DNA of 64,000 bases from positions 306,032,001 through 306,096,000 of the forward strand of contig OZ024743.1 of the NCBI GenBank assembly GCA_964016885.1, written 5' to 3'. Positions 16,140-31,100 of this stretch are shown piece by piece (within the stretch, counting starts at the first letter, position 1; every line of letters begins with the position of its first letter). The stretch is from Eledone cirrhosa (Eukaryota). The notes beneath the pieces are model-generated. The model did no database searches, was not told where the DNA came from, and was given only the letters and a program-made list of their open reading frames with translations. The translations under genes and the position numbers were made by a program.

Positions 16140-19100
16140 TCTACCACCTTACCATTGGTATTAAGGGTAGCTGATGGTAATGTGAGAATGTATGGTAGAT
16201 CTAACACCTTACCATTGGTATTAAGGCTAGCTGATGGTAGTGTGATATGTATGGTAGATCTACCACCTTACCATTGGTATTAAGGGTAGCTGATTTTAGT
16301 GTGATATGTATGGTAGAACTACCACCTTACCATTGGTATTAAGATTAGCTGAAGGTAATGTGAGAATGTATGGAAGATATGCCACCTTACCATTGGTATT
16401 AAGGGTAGCTGATGGTAATGTGACAATGTATGGTAGATATGCCACCTTACCATTGGTATTAAGGGTAGCTGATGGTAGTGTGATATGTATGGTAGATCTA
16501 CCACCTTATCATTGGTATTGAGGTTAGCTGATGGTAATGTGAGAATGTATGGTAGATCTCCCACCTTACCATTGGTATTAAGGGTAGCTGATGGTAATGT
16601 GAGAATGTATGGTAGATCTACCTCCTTACGATTGGTATTAAAGGTAGCTGATGGTAGTGTGATATGTATGGTAGAACTACCACCTTACCATTAGTATTAA
16701 GATTAGCTGATGGTAATGTGAGAATGTATGGAAGATATGCCACCTTACCATCGGTATTAAGGGTAGCTGATGGTAATGTGACAATGTATGGTAGATATGC
16801 CACCTTACCATTGGTATTAAGGGTAGCTGATGGTAGTGTGATATGTATGGTAGATCTACCACCTTATCATTGGTATTGAGGTTAGCTGATGGTAATGTGA
16901 GAATGTATGGTAGATCTCCCACCTTACCATTGGTATTAAGGGTAGCTGATGGTAATGTGAGAATGTATTGTAGTTCTCCCACCTTACCATTGGTATTAAA
17001 GGTAGCTGATGGTAGTGTGAGAATGTATGGTAGATCTCCCACCTTACCATTGATATTAAGGTTAGCTGATGGTAGTGTGATATGTATGGAAGATATTCCA
17101 CCTTACCATTGGTATTAAGGGTAGCTGATGGTAATGTGATATGTATGGTACATCTCCCAACTTACCATTGGTATTAGGGGTAGCTAATGTTATTGTGAGA
17201 ATGTATGGTAGATCTACCACCTTACCATTGGTATTAAAGGTAGCTGATGGTAATGTATGGTAGATCTACCATTTTACCATTGGTATTAAAGGTAGCTGAT
17301 GGTAGTGTGTGAATTTATGGTAGATCTACCACCTTACCTTTGGTATTAAGTTTAGCTAATGGTAATGTGAGAATGTATGGTAGATCTCCGACCTTACCAT
17401 TGGTATTAAGGGTAGCTGATGGTAATGTGAGAATATATGGTAGATCTACCACCTTACCATTAGTATTAAGGGTAGCTGATGGTATTGTCATATGTATGGT
17501 AGATATACCAACATACCATTGGTATTAAGGTTAGCTGATGGTAATATGAGAATGTATGGTAGATCTCCGACCTTACCATTGGTATTAAGGGTAGCTGATG
17601 GTAATGTGAGAATATATGGTAGATCTACCACCTTACCATTGGTATTAAAGGTAGCTGATGGTAATGTGAGAATGTATGGTAGATCTACCACCTTACTATT
17701 GTTATTAAGGGTAGCTGATGGTAGTATGATATGTATGATATATCTACCACCTTACCATTGGTATTAAAGGTAGCTGATGGCATTGTGAGAATATATGGTA
17801 GATCTACAACCTTACCATTGGTATTAAAGATAGCTGATGCTAATGTGAGAATGTATGGAAGATCTCCCACCTTACCATTGGTATTAAGGGTGGCTGGTGG
17901 TTGTGTGATATGTATTGTAGATCTACCACCTTACCAATGGTATTAAGATTAGCTGATGGTAATGTGAGAATGTATGGTAGATATGCCACCTTACCATTGG
18001 TATTCAGGTTAGCTGATGGTAGTGTGAAATGTATGGTAGATCTACCACCTTACCATTGGTATTAAGGGTAGCTGATGGTAATGTGAGAATGTATGGTAGA
18101 TCTACCACCTTACCATTGGTATTAAAGGTAGCTGATGGTAGTGTGATATGTATGGTAGATCTACCACCTTATCATTAGTATTAAGATTCGCTGATGGTAA
18201 TGTGAGAATGTATGGTAGATGTATCACCTTACCATTGGTATTAAAGGTAGCTGATGGTAGTGTGATATGTATGGTAGATCTACCAACTTACCATTGGTAT
18301 TAAGGTTAGATGATGGTAATGTGAGAATGTATGGTAGATCTACCACCTTAGCATTGGTATTAAACGTAGCTGATGGTAGTGTGATATGCGTGGTAGATAT
18401 ACCACCTTACCATTGGTATTAAAATTAGCTGATGGTAATGTGAGAATGTATGGTAGATATGCCACCTTACCATTGGAATTCAGGTTAGCTGATGGTAATG
18501 TGAGAATGTATGGTAGATCTCCCACCTTACCATTGGTATTAAGGGTAGCTGATGGTAATGTGAGAATGTATGGTAGATCTACCACCTTACCATTGTTATT
18601 AAGGTTAGCTGACGGTAGTGTGATAGGTATGGTAGATCTACCACCTTACCATTGGTATTAAGATTATCTGATGGTAATGTCATAATGTATGGTAGATATG
18701 CCACCTTACCATTGGTATTAAGGGTAGTTGATGGTAGTGTGATATGTATGGTAGATCTACCACCTTACCATTGGTATTAACGGTAGCTAAAGGTAAAGTG
18801 AGAATGTATGGTAGATCTCACACCTTATCATTGGTATTAAGGGTAGTTGATGGTAATGTGAGAATGTATGGTAGATCTCCCACCTTATCTTTGGTATTAA
18901 GGTTAGCTGATGGTAATGTGAGAATGTATGGTAGATCTCCCATCTTATCATTGGTATTAAGATTAGCTGATGGTAATGTGAGAATGTATGGTAGATCTAC
19001 CAACTTATCATTGGTATTAAGGTTAGCTGATGGTAATGTGAGAATGTATAGTAGATCTCCCACCTTATCATTGGTATTAAGATTAGCTGATGTTAACGTG

Positions 19101-22100
19101 AGAATGTATGGCAGATCTCCCACCTTATCTTTGGTATTAAAGGTAGCTGATGGTAACGTGAGAATGTATGGTAGATCTACCACCTTATCATTGGTATTAA
19201 GGTTAGCTGATGGTAATGTGAGAATGTATGGTAGATCTACCACCTTATCATTTGTATTAAGGTTAGCTGATGGTAATGTGAGAATGTATGGTAGATCTCC
19301 CACCTTACCATTGGTATTAAGGGTAGCTGATGGTAGTGTGATATGTATAGTAGATCTACAACCTTACCATTGGTATTAAGGTTAGCTGATGGTAGTGTGA
19401 TATGTATGGTAGAACTACCACCTTACCATTGGTATTAATATTAGCTGATGGTAATGTGAGAATGTATGGAAGATATGCCCCCTTACCATTGGTATTAAGG
19501 GTAGTTGATGGTAGTGTGATATGTATGCTAGATCTACCACCTTACCATTGGTATTAAGGGTAGTTGATGGTAGTATGATATGTATGGTAGATCTACCACC
19601 TTACCATTGGTATTAAGGGTAGCTGATGGTAATGTGAGAATGTATGGAAGATATGCCACCTTACCATTGCTATTAAGATTAGCTGATGGTAATGTGAGAA
19701 TGTATGGAAGATATGCCACCTTACCATTGGTATTAAGGGTAGCTGATGGTAATGTGACAATGTATGGTAGATATGCCACGTTACCATTAGTATTAAGGGT
19801 AGCTGATGGTAGTGTGATATGTATGGTAGATCTACCACCTTATCATTGGTATTGAGGTTAGCTGATGGTAATGTGAGAATGTATGGTAGATCTCCCACCT
19901 TACCATTGGTATTAAGGGTAGCTGATGGTAATGTGAGAATGTATGGTAGATCTACCTCCTTACAATTGGTATTAAAGGTAGCTGATGGTAGTGTGATATG
20001 TATGGTAGAACTACCACCTTACCATTAGTATTAAGATTAGCTGATGGTAATGTGAGAATATATGGAAGATATGCCACCTTACCATCGGTATTAAGGGTAG
20101 CTGATGGTAATGTGACAATGTATGTTAGATATGCCACCTTACCATTGGTATTAAGGGTAGCTGATGGTAGTGTGATATGTATGGTAGATCTACCACCTTA
20201 TCATTGTTATTGAGGTTAGCTGATGGTAATGTGAGAATGTATGGTAGATCTCCCACCTTACCATATGTATTAAAGGTAGCTGATGGTAGTGTGAGAATGT
20301 ATGGTAGATCTCCCACCTTACCATTGATATTAAGGTTAGCTGATAGTAGTATGATATGTATGGTACATCTCCCAACTTACCATTGGTATTAGGGGTAGCT
20401 AATGTTATTGTGAGAATGTATGGTAGATCTACCACCTTACCATTGGTATTAAAGGTAGCTGATGGTAATGTATGGTAGATCTACCAACTTACCATTGTTA
20501 TTAAAGGTAGCTGATGGTAGTGTGTGAATTTATGGTAGATCTACCACCTTACCATTGGTATTAAGGTTAGCTAATTGTAATGTGAGAATGTATGGTAGAT
20601 CTCTCAACTTACCATTAGTATTAAGGGTAGCTGATGGTATTGTCATATGTATGGTAGATATACCACCATACCATTGGTATTAAGGTTAGCTGATGGTAAT
20701 GTGAGAATATATGGTAGACCTACCACCTTACCACTGGTATTAAAGGTAGCTGATGGTAATGTGAGAATGTATGGTAGATCTGCCACCTTACTATTGGTAT
20801 TAAGGGTAGCTGATGGTAGTGTGATATGTATGGTATATCTACCACCTTACCATTGGTATTAAAGGTAGCTGATGGTATTGTGAGAATATATGGTAGATCT
20901 ACCACCTTACCATTGGTATTAAAGATAGCTGATGGTAATGTGAGAATGTATGGCAGATCTCCCACCTTACCATTGGTATTGAGGGTAGCTGGTGGTAGTG
21001 TGATATGTATTGTAGATCTAACACCTTACCAATGGTATTAAGATTAGCTGATGGTAATGTGAGAATGTATGGTAGATATGCCACCTTACCATTGGTATTC
21101 AGGTTAGCTGATGGTAGTGTGATATGTATGGTAGATCTACCACCTTACCATTGGTATTAAGGCTAGCTGATGGTAATGTGAGAATGTATGGTAGATCTTC
21201 CACCTTACCATTGGTATTAAAGGTAGCTGATGGTAGTGTGATATTTATGGTAGATCTACCACCTTATCATTGGTATTAAGGTTAGCTGATGGTAATGTGA
21301 GAATGTATGGTAGAACTACCACCTTACCATTGGTATTAAAGGTAGCTGATGGTAGTGTGATATGTATGGTAGATCTACCAATTTACCATTGGTATTAAGG
21401 TTAGATGATGGTAATGTGAGAATGTATGGTAGATCTACCACCTTACCATTGGTATTAAACGTAGCTGATGGTAGTGTGTTATGCATGGTAGATCTACCAC
21501 CTTACCATTGGTATTAAAATTAGCTGATGGTAATGTGAGAATGTATGGTAGATATGCCACCTTACCATTGGAATTCAGGTTAGCTGATGGTAATGTGAGA
21601 ATGTATGGTAGATCTCCCACCTTACCATTGGTATTAAGGGTAGCTGATGGTAGTGTGATATGTATGGTAGATCTACCACCTTACCATTGGTATTAAGGGT
21701 AGTTGATGGTAAGGTGAGAATGTATGGTAGATATGCCACCTTACCATTGGAATTCAGGTTAGCTGATGGTAATATGAGAATGTATGGTAGATCTCCCACC
21801 TTACCATTGGCATTAAGGGTAGCTGATCGTAATGTGAGAATGTATGGTAGATCTACCACCTTACCATTGTTATTAAGGTTAGCTGATGGTAGTGTGATAG
21901 GTATGGTAGATCTACCACCTTACCATTGGTATTAAGTGTAGCTGATGGTAATGTGAGAATGTATGGTAGATCTACCACCTTACCATTGGTATTAAAGGTA
22001 GCTGATGGTAGTGTGATATGTATGGTAGATCTACCACCTTATCATTGGTATTAAGATTCGCTGATGGTAATGTGAGAATGTATGGTAGATCTATCACCTT

Positions 22101-25100
22101 ACCATTGGTATTAAAGGTAGCTGATGGTAGTGTGATATGTATGGTAGATCTACCAACTTACCATTGGTATTAAGGTTAGATGATGGTAATGTGAGAATGT
22201 ATGGTAGATCTACCACCTTAGCATTGGTATTAAACGTAGCTGATGGTAGTGTGATATGCGTGGTAGATATACCACCTTACCATTGGTATTAAGATTAGCT
22301 GATGGTAATGTGAGAATGTATGGTAGATATGCCACCTTACCATTGGAATTCGGGTTAGCTGATGGTAATGTGAGAATGTATGGTAGATCTCCCACCTTAC
22401 CATTGGTATTAAGGGTAGCTGATGGTAATGTGAGAATGTATGGTAGATCTACCACCTTACCAATGTTATTAAGGTTAGCTGACGGTAGTGTGATAGGTAT
22501 GGTAGATCTACCACCTTACCATTGGTATTAAGGGTAGCTGATGGTAATGTGAGAATGTATGGTAGATGTCCCACCTTATCATTGGTATTAAGGTTAGCTG
22601 ATGGTAATGTGAGAATGTATGGTAGATCTACCACCTTATCATTGGTATTAAGGTTAGCTGATGGTAATGTGAGAATGTATGGTAGGTGTCCCACCTTATC
22701 ATTGGTATTAAGGTTAGCTGATGGTAATGTGAGAATGTATGGTAGATCTACCACCTTATCATTGGTATTAAGGTTAGCTGATGGTAATGTGAGAATGTAT
22801 GGTAGATCTACCACCTTATCATTGGTATTAAGGTTAGCTGATGGTAATGTGAGAATGTATGGAAGATATGCCACCTTACCATTGGTATTAAGGGTTGTTG
22901 ATGGTAGTGTGATATGTATGCTAGATCTACCACCTTACCATTGGTATTAAGGGTAGTTGATGGTAGTATGATATGTATGGTAGATCTACCACCTTACCAT
23001 TGGTATTAAGGGTAGCTGATGGTAATGTGAGAATGTATGGTAGATCTCCCACCTTACCATTGGTATTAAGGCTAGCGGATGGTAGTGTGATATGTATGGT
23101 AGATCTACAACCTTACCATTGGTATTAAGGGTAGCTGATGGTAGTGTGATATGTATGGTAGAACTACCACCATACCATTGGTATTAAGATTAGCTGATGG
23201 TAATGTGAGAATGTATGGAAGATATGCCAACTTACCATCGGTATTAAGGGTAGCTGATGGTAATGTGACAATGTATGGTAGATATGCCACCTTACCATTG
23301 GTATTAAGGGTAGCTGATGGTAGTGTGATATGTATGGTAGATCTACCACCTTATCATTGGTATTGAGGTTAGCTGATGGCAATGTGAGAATGTATGGTAG
23401 ATCTCCCACCTTACCATTGGTATTAAGGGTAGCTGATGGTAATGTGAGAATGTATGGTAGATCTCCCTCCTTACCATTGGTATTAAAGGTAGCTGATGGT
23501 AGTGTGAGAATGTATGGTAGATCTCCCACCTTACCATTGATATTAAGGTTAGCTGATGGTAGTGTGATATGTATGATACATCTACCACCTTACCATTGGT
23601 ATTAAAGGTAGCTGATGGTAATGTATGGTAGATCTACCAACTTACCATTGTTATTAAAGGTAGCTGATGGTAGTGTGTGAATTTATGGTAGATCTACCAC
23701 CTTACCATTGGTATTAAGGTTAGCTAATGGTAATGTGAGAATGTATGGTAGATCTCTCAACTTACCATTAGTATTAAGGGTAGCTGATGGTATTGTCATA
23801 TGTATGGTAGATATACCACCATACCATTGGTATTAAGGTTAGCTGATGGTAATAGGAGAATGTATGGTAGATCTCCCACCTTACCATTGGTATTAAGGGT
23901 AGCTGATGGTAATGTGAGAATATATGGTAGACCTACCACCTTAGCATTGGTATTAAAGGTAGCTGATGGTAATGTGAGAATGTATGGTAGATCTACCACC
24001 TTACCATTGGTATTAAAGGTAGCTGATGGTAGTGTGATATGTATGGTAGATCTACCAACTTACCGTTGGTCTTAAGGTTAGCTGATGGTAATGTGAGAAT
24101 GTATGGTAGATCTCCCACCTTATCATTGGTATTAAGGTTAGCTGATGGTAATGTGAGAATGTATGGTACATCTACCACCTTATCATTGGTATTAAGGTTA
24201 GCTGATGGTAATGTGAGAATGTATGGTAGATCTCTCACCTTACCATTGGTATTAAGGGTAGTTGATGCTAGTGTGATATGTATGGTAGATCTCCCACCTT
24301 ACCATTGGTATTAAGGGTAGCTGATGGTAATGTGAGAATGTATGGTAGATCTCCCACCTTACCATTGGTATTAAGGGTAGTTGATGGTAGTGTGATATGT
24401 ATGGTAGATCTACACCTTACCAATGGTATTAAGATTAGCTGATGGTAATGTGAGAATGTATGGTACATATGCCACCTTACCATTGGTATTCAGGTTAGCT
24501 GATGGTAATGTGAGAATGTATGGTAGATCTCCCACCTTACCATTGGTATTAAGGGTAGCTGATGGTAATGTGAGAATGTATGGTAGATCTCCCACCTTAC
24601 CATTGGTATTAAGGGTAGTTGATGGTAGTGTGATATGTATGGTAGATCTACACCTTACCAATGGTATTAAGATTAGCTGATGGTAATGTGAGAATGTATG
24701 GTACATATGCCACCTTACCATTGGTATTCAGGTTAGCTGATGGTAATGTGAGAATGTATGGTAGATCTCCCACCTTACCATTGGTATTAAGGGTAGCTGA
24801 TGGTAATGTGAGAATGTATGGTAGATCTCCCACCTTACCATTGGTATTAAAGGTAGCTGATGGTAGTGTGAGAATGTATGGTAGATCTCCCACCTTACCA
24901 TTGATATTTAGGTTAGCTGATGGTAGTGTGATATGTATGGTACATCTCCCAACTTACCATTGGTATTAGGGGTAGCTAATGTTATTGTGAGAATGTATGG
25001 TAGATCTACCACCTTACCATTGGTATTAAAGGTAGCTGATGGTAATGTATGGTAGATCTACCAACTTACCATTGTTATTAAAGGTAGCTGATGGTAGTGT

Positions 25101-28100
25101 GTGAATTTATGGTAGATCTACCACCTTACCATTGGTATTAAGGTTAGCTAATGGTAATGTGAGAATGTATGGTAGATCTCTCAACTTACCATTAGTATTA
25201 AGGGTAGCTGATGGTATTGTCATATGTATGGTAGATATACCACCATACCATTGGTATTAAGGTTAGCTGATGGTAATATGAGAATGTATGGTAGATCTCC
25301 CACCTTACCATTGGATTTAAGGGTAGCTGATAGTAATGTGAGAATATATGGTAGACCTAACACCTTACCATTGGTATTAAAGGTAGCTGATGGTAATGTG
25401 AGAATGTATGGTAGATCTACCACCTTACCATTGGTATTAAAGGTAGCTGATGGTAGTGTGATATGTATGGTAGATCTACCAACTTACCGTTGGTATTAAG
25501 GTTAGCTGATGGTAATGTGAGAATGTATGGTAGATCTCCCACCTTATCATTGGTATTAAGGTTAGCTGATGGTAATGTGAGAATGTATGGTAGATCTACC
25601 ACCTTATCATTGGTATTAAGGTTAGCTGATGGTAATGTGAGAATGTATGGTAGATCTACCACCTTATCATTGGTATTAAGGTTAGCTGATGGTAATGTGA
25701 GAATGTATGGTAGATCTCTCACCTTACCATTGGTATTAAGGGTAGTTGATGCTAGTGTGATATGTATGGTAGATCTCCCACCTTACCATTGGTATTAAGG
25801 GTAGCTGATGGTAATGTGAGAATGTATGGTAGATCTCCCACCTTACCATTGGTATTAAGGGTAGTTGATGGTAGTGTGATATGTATGGTAGATCTACACC
25901 TTACCAATGGTATTAAGATTAGCTGATGGTAATGTGAGAATGTATGGTAGATATGCCACCTTACCATTGGTATTCAGGTTAGCTGATGGTAATGTGAGAA
26001 TGTATGGTAGATCTCCCACCTTATCATTGGTATTAAGGTTAGCTGGTGGTAATGTGAGAATGTATGGTAGATCTCCCACCTTACCATTGGTATTAAAGGT
26101 AGCTGATGGTAGTGTGAGAATGTATGGTAGATCTCCCACCTTACCATTGATATTAAGGTTAGCTGATGGTAGTGTGATATATATGGTACATCTCCCAACT
26201 TACCATTGGTATTAGGGGTAGCTAATGTTATTGTGAGAATGTATGGTAGATCTACCACCTTACCATTGGTATTAAAGGTAGCTGATGGTAATGTATGGTA
26301 GATCTACCAACTTACCATTGTTATTAAAGGTAGCTGATGGTAGTGTGTGAATTTATGGTAGATCTACCACCTTACCATTGGTATTAAGGTTAGCTAATGG
26401 TAATGTGAGAATGTATGGTAGATCTCTCAACTTACCATTAGTATTAAGGGTAGCTGATGGTATTGTCATATGTATGGTAGATATACCACCATACCATTGG
26501 TATTAAGGTTAGCTGATGGTAATGTGTGAATGTATGGTAGATCTCCCACCTTATCATTGGTATTAAGGTTAGCTGATGGTAATGTGAGAATGTATGGTAG
26601 ATCTACCACCTTATCATTGGTATTAAGGATAGCTGATGGTAATGTGAGAAAGTATGGTAGAACTCCCACCTTACCATTGGTATTAAGGGTAGCTGATGGT
26701 AATGTGAGAATGTATGGTAGATCTCCCAACTTACCTTTGGTATTAAGGGTAGTTGATGGTAGTGTGATATGTATGGTAGATCTACCACCTTACCATTGGT
26801 ATTAAGATTAGTTGATGGTAATGTGACAATGTATGGAAGATATGCCACCTTACCATTGGTATTAAGGGTAGCTGATGGTAATTTGACAATGTATGGTAGA
26901 TATGCCACCTTACCCTTGGTATTAAGGGTAGCTGATGGTAGTGTGATATGTATGGTAGATCTAACACCTTATCATTGGTATTGAGGTTAGCTGATGGTAA
27001 TGTGAGAATGTATGGTAGATCTCCCACCTTACCATTGGTATTAAGGGTAGCTGATGGTAATGTGAGAATGTATGGTAGATCTACCTCCTTACAATTGGTA
27101 TTAAAGGTAGCTGATGGTAGTGTGATATGTATGGTAGAACTACCACCTTACCATTGGTATTAAGATTAGCTGATGGTAATGTGAGAATGTATGGAAGATA
27201 GGCCACCTTACCATTGGTATTCAGGTTAGCTGATGGTAATGTGAGAATGTATGGTAGATCTCCCACCTTACCATTGGTATTAAGGGTAGCTGATGGTAGT
27301 GTGATATTTATGGTAGATCTACCACCTTATCATTGGTATTGAGGTTAGCTGATGGTAATGTGAGAATGTATGGTAGATCTCCCACCTTACCATTGGTATA
27401 AAGGGTAGCTGATGGTAATGTGAGAATGTATGGTAGATCTCCCACCTTACCATTGGTATTAAAGGTATCTGATGGTAGTGTGAGAATGTATGGTAGATCT
27501 TCCACCTTACCATTGATATTAAGGTTAGCTAATTGTAGTGTGATATGTATGGAAGATCTCCCACCTTACCATTGGTATTAAAGGTAGCTGATGGTAATGT
27601 GATATGTATGGTACATCTCCCAACTTACCATTGGTATTAGGGGTAGCTAATGGTATTGTGAGAATGTATGGTAGATCTACCACCTTACCATTGGTATTAA
27701 AGGTAGCTGATGGTAATGTATGGTAGATCTACACCTTACCATTGGTATTAAGGTAGCTGATGGTAGTGTGTGAATTTATGGTAGATCTACCACCTTACCA
27801 TTGGTATTAAGGTTAGCTAATGTTAATGTGAGAATGTATGGTAGATCTCTCACCTTACCATTAGTATTAAGGGTAGCTAATGGTATTGTCATATGTATGG
27901 TAGATATACCAACATACCATTGGTATTAAGTTTAGCTGATGGTAATATGAGAATGTATGGTAGATATGCCAGCTTACCATTGCTATTCAGGTTAGCTGAC
28001 GGTAGTGTGATATGTATGGTAGATCTACCACCTTACCATTGGTATTAAGGGTAGCTGATGGTGATGTGAGAATATATGGTAGATCTACCACCTTACCATT

Positions 28101-31100
28101 GGTATTAAAGGTAGCTGATGGTAATGTGAGAATGTATGGTAGATCTACCACCTTACTATTGGTATTAAGGGTAGCTGATGGTAGTGTGATATGTATGTTA
28201 TATCTACCACCTTACCATTGGTATTAATGGTAGCTGATGGTATTGTGAGAATATATGGTAGATCTACCACCTTACCATTGGTATTAAAGATAGCTGATGG
28301 TAATGTGAGAATGTATGGTAGATCTCCCACCTTACCATTGGTATTAAGGGTAGCTGGTGCTAGTGTGATATGTATTGTAGATCTACCACCTTACCAATGG
28401 TATTAAGATTAGCTGATGGTAATGTGAGAATGTATGGTAGATATGGCACCTTACCATTGCTATTCAGGTTAGCTGATGGTAGTGTGATATGTATGGTAGA
28501 TCTACCACCTTACCATTGGTATTAAGGGTAGCTGATGGTAATGTGAGAATGTAGGGTAGATCTACCACCTTACCATTGGTATTAAAGGTAGCTGATGGTA
28601 GTGTGATATGTATGGTAGATCTACCACCTTATCATTGGTATTAAGATTAGCTGATGGTAATGTGAGAATGTATGGTAGATCTACCACCTTACCATTGGTA
28701 TTAAAGGTAGCTGATGGTAGTGTGATATGTATGGTAGATCTACCAACTTACCATTGGTATTAAGGTTAGATGATGGTAATGTGAGAATGTATGGTAGATC
28801 TACCACCTTAGCATTGGTATTAAACGTAGCTGATGGTAGTGTGATATGCGTGGTAGATATACCACCTTACCATTGGTATTAAAATTAGCTGATGGTAATG
28901 TGAGAATGTATGGTAGATATGCCACCTTACCATTGGAATTCAGGTTAGCTGATGATAATGTGAGAATGTATGGTAGATCTCCCACCTTACCATTGGTATT
29001 AAGGGTAGCTGATGGTAATGTGAGAATGTATGGTAGATCTACCACCTTACCATTGTTATTAAGGTTAGCTGACGGTAGTGTGATAGGTATGGTAGATCTA
29101 CCACCTTACCATTGGTATTAAGATTATCTGATGGTAATGTCATAATGTATGGTAGATATGCCACCTTATCATTGGTATTAAGGTTAGCTGATGGTAATGT
29201 GAGAATGTATGGTAGATCTCCCACCTTATCATTGGTATTAAGATTAGCTGATGTTAATGTGAGAATGTATGGCAGATCTCCCACCTTATCTTTGGTATTA
29301 AGGTTAGCTGATGGTAATGTGAGAATGTATGGTAGATCTACCACCTTATCATTGGTATTAAGGTTAGCTGATGGTAATGTGAGAATGTATGGTAGATCTA
29401 CCACATTATCATTTGTATTAAGGTTAGCTGATGGTAATGTGAGAATGTATGGTAGATCTCCCACCTTACCATTGGTATTAAGGGTAGCTGATGGTAGTGT
29501 GATATGTATGGTAGAACTACCACCTTACCATTGGTATTAAGATTAGCTGATGGTAATGTGAGAATGTATGGAAGATATGCCACCTTACCATTGGTATTAA
29601 GGGTAGTTGATGGTAGTTTGATATGTATGCTAGATCTACCACCTTACCATTGGTATTAAGGGTAGTTGATGGTAGTATGATATGTATGGTAGATCTACCA
29701 CCTTACCATTGGTATTAAGGGTAGTTGTTGGTAATGTGAGAATGTATGGTAGATCTAACACCTTACCATTGGTATTAAGGCTAGCTGATGGTAGTGTGAT
29801 ATGTATGGTAGATCTACAACCTTACCATTGGTATTAAGATTAGCTGATGGTAATGTGAGAATGTATGGAAGATATGCCACCTTACCATTGGTATTAAGGG
29901 TAGCTGATGGTAGTGTGATATGTATGGTAGAACTACCACCTTACCATTGGTATTAAGATTAGCTGATGGTAATGTGAGAATGTATGGAAGATATGCCACC
30001 TTACCATTGGTATTAAGGGTAGCTGATGGTAATGTGACAATGTATGGTACATCTCCCAACTTACCATTGGTATTAGGGGTAGCTAATGTTATTGTGAGAA
30101 TGTATGGTAGATCTACCACCTTACTATTGTTATTAAAGGTAGCTGATGGTAGTGTGTGAATTTATGGTAGATCTACCACCTTACCATTGGTATTAAGGTT
30201 AGCTAATGGTAATGTGAGAATGTATGGTAGATCTCTCAACTTACCATTAGTATTAAGGGTAGCTGATGGTATTGTCATATGTATGGTAGATATACCACCA
30301 TACCATTGGTATTAAGGTTAGCTGATGGTAATATGAGAATGTATGGTAGATCTCCCACCTTACCATTGGTATTAAGGGTAGCTGATGGTAATGTGAGAAT
30401 ATATGGTAGACCTACCACCTTACCATTGGTATTAAAGGTAGCTGATGGTAATGTGAGAATGTATGGTAGATCTACCACCTTACCATTGGTATTAAAGGTA
30501 GCTGATGGTAGTGTGATATGTATCGTAGATCTACAAACTTACCATTGGTATTAAGGTTAGATGATGGTAATGTGAGAATGTATTGTAGATCTACCACCTT
30601 ACATTGGTATTAAAGGTAGCTGATGGTAGTGTGATATGCATGGTAGATCTACCACCTTACCATTGGTATTAAAATTAGCAGATGGTAATGTGAGAATGTA
30701 TGGTAGATATGCCACCTTACCATTGGAATTCAGGTTAGCTGATGGTAATGTGAGAATGTATGGTAGATCTCCCACCTTACCATTGGCATTAAGGGTAGCT
30801 GATGGTAATGTGAGAATGTATGGTAGATCTACCACCTTACCATTGTTATTAAGGTTAGCTGATTGTAGTGTGATAGGTATGGTAGATCTACCACCTTACC
30901 ATTGGTATTAAGGGTAGCTGATGGTAATGTGAGAATGTATGGTAGATCTACCACCTTACCATTGGTATTAAAGGTAGCTGATGGTAGTGTGATATGTATG
31001 GTAGATCTACCACCTTATCATTGGTATTAAGATTCGCTGATGGTAATGTGAGAATGTATGGTAGATCTATCACCTTACCATTGGTATTAAAGGTAGCTGA

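Larger units (their letters stand above)
1..16563. repeat. Higher-order tandem duplication, period 8917 bp (~150 monomers); 1-7646 matches 8918-16563
   Basis: The ORF track repeats with identical translations at constant offset 8917 (115->9032, 2113->11030, 7389->16306). Rare variants are shared (GATGCAAG, TGATAATAATGGTAGGTCT, TGATTTTAG). The match breaks at 7647/16564 and probably extends upstream of the window. Confidence 0.93.

Noticed and set aside
18744-19379. Longest ORF (211 aa) as a repeat-protein gene
   Set aside because: It is only a run of consecutive 60-bp monomers, and an antisense 161-aa ORF covers the same bases. There is no evidence of coding constraint.
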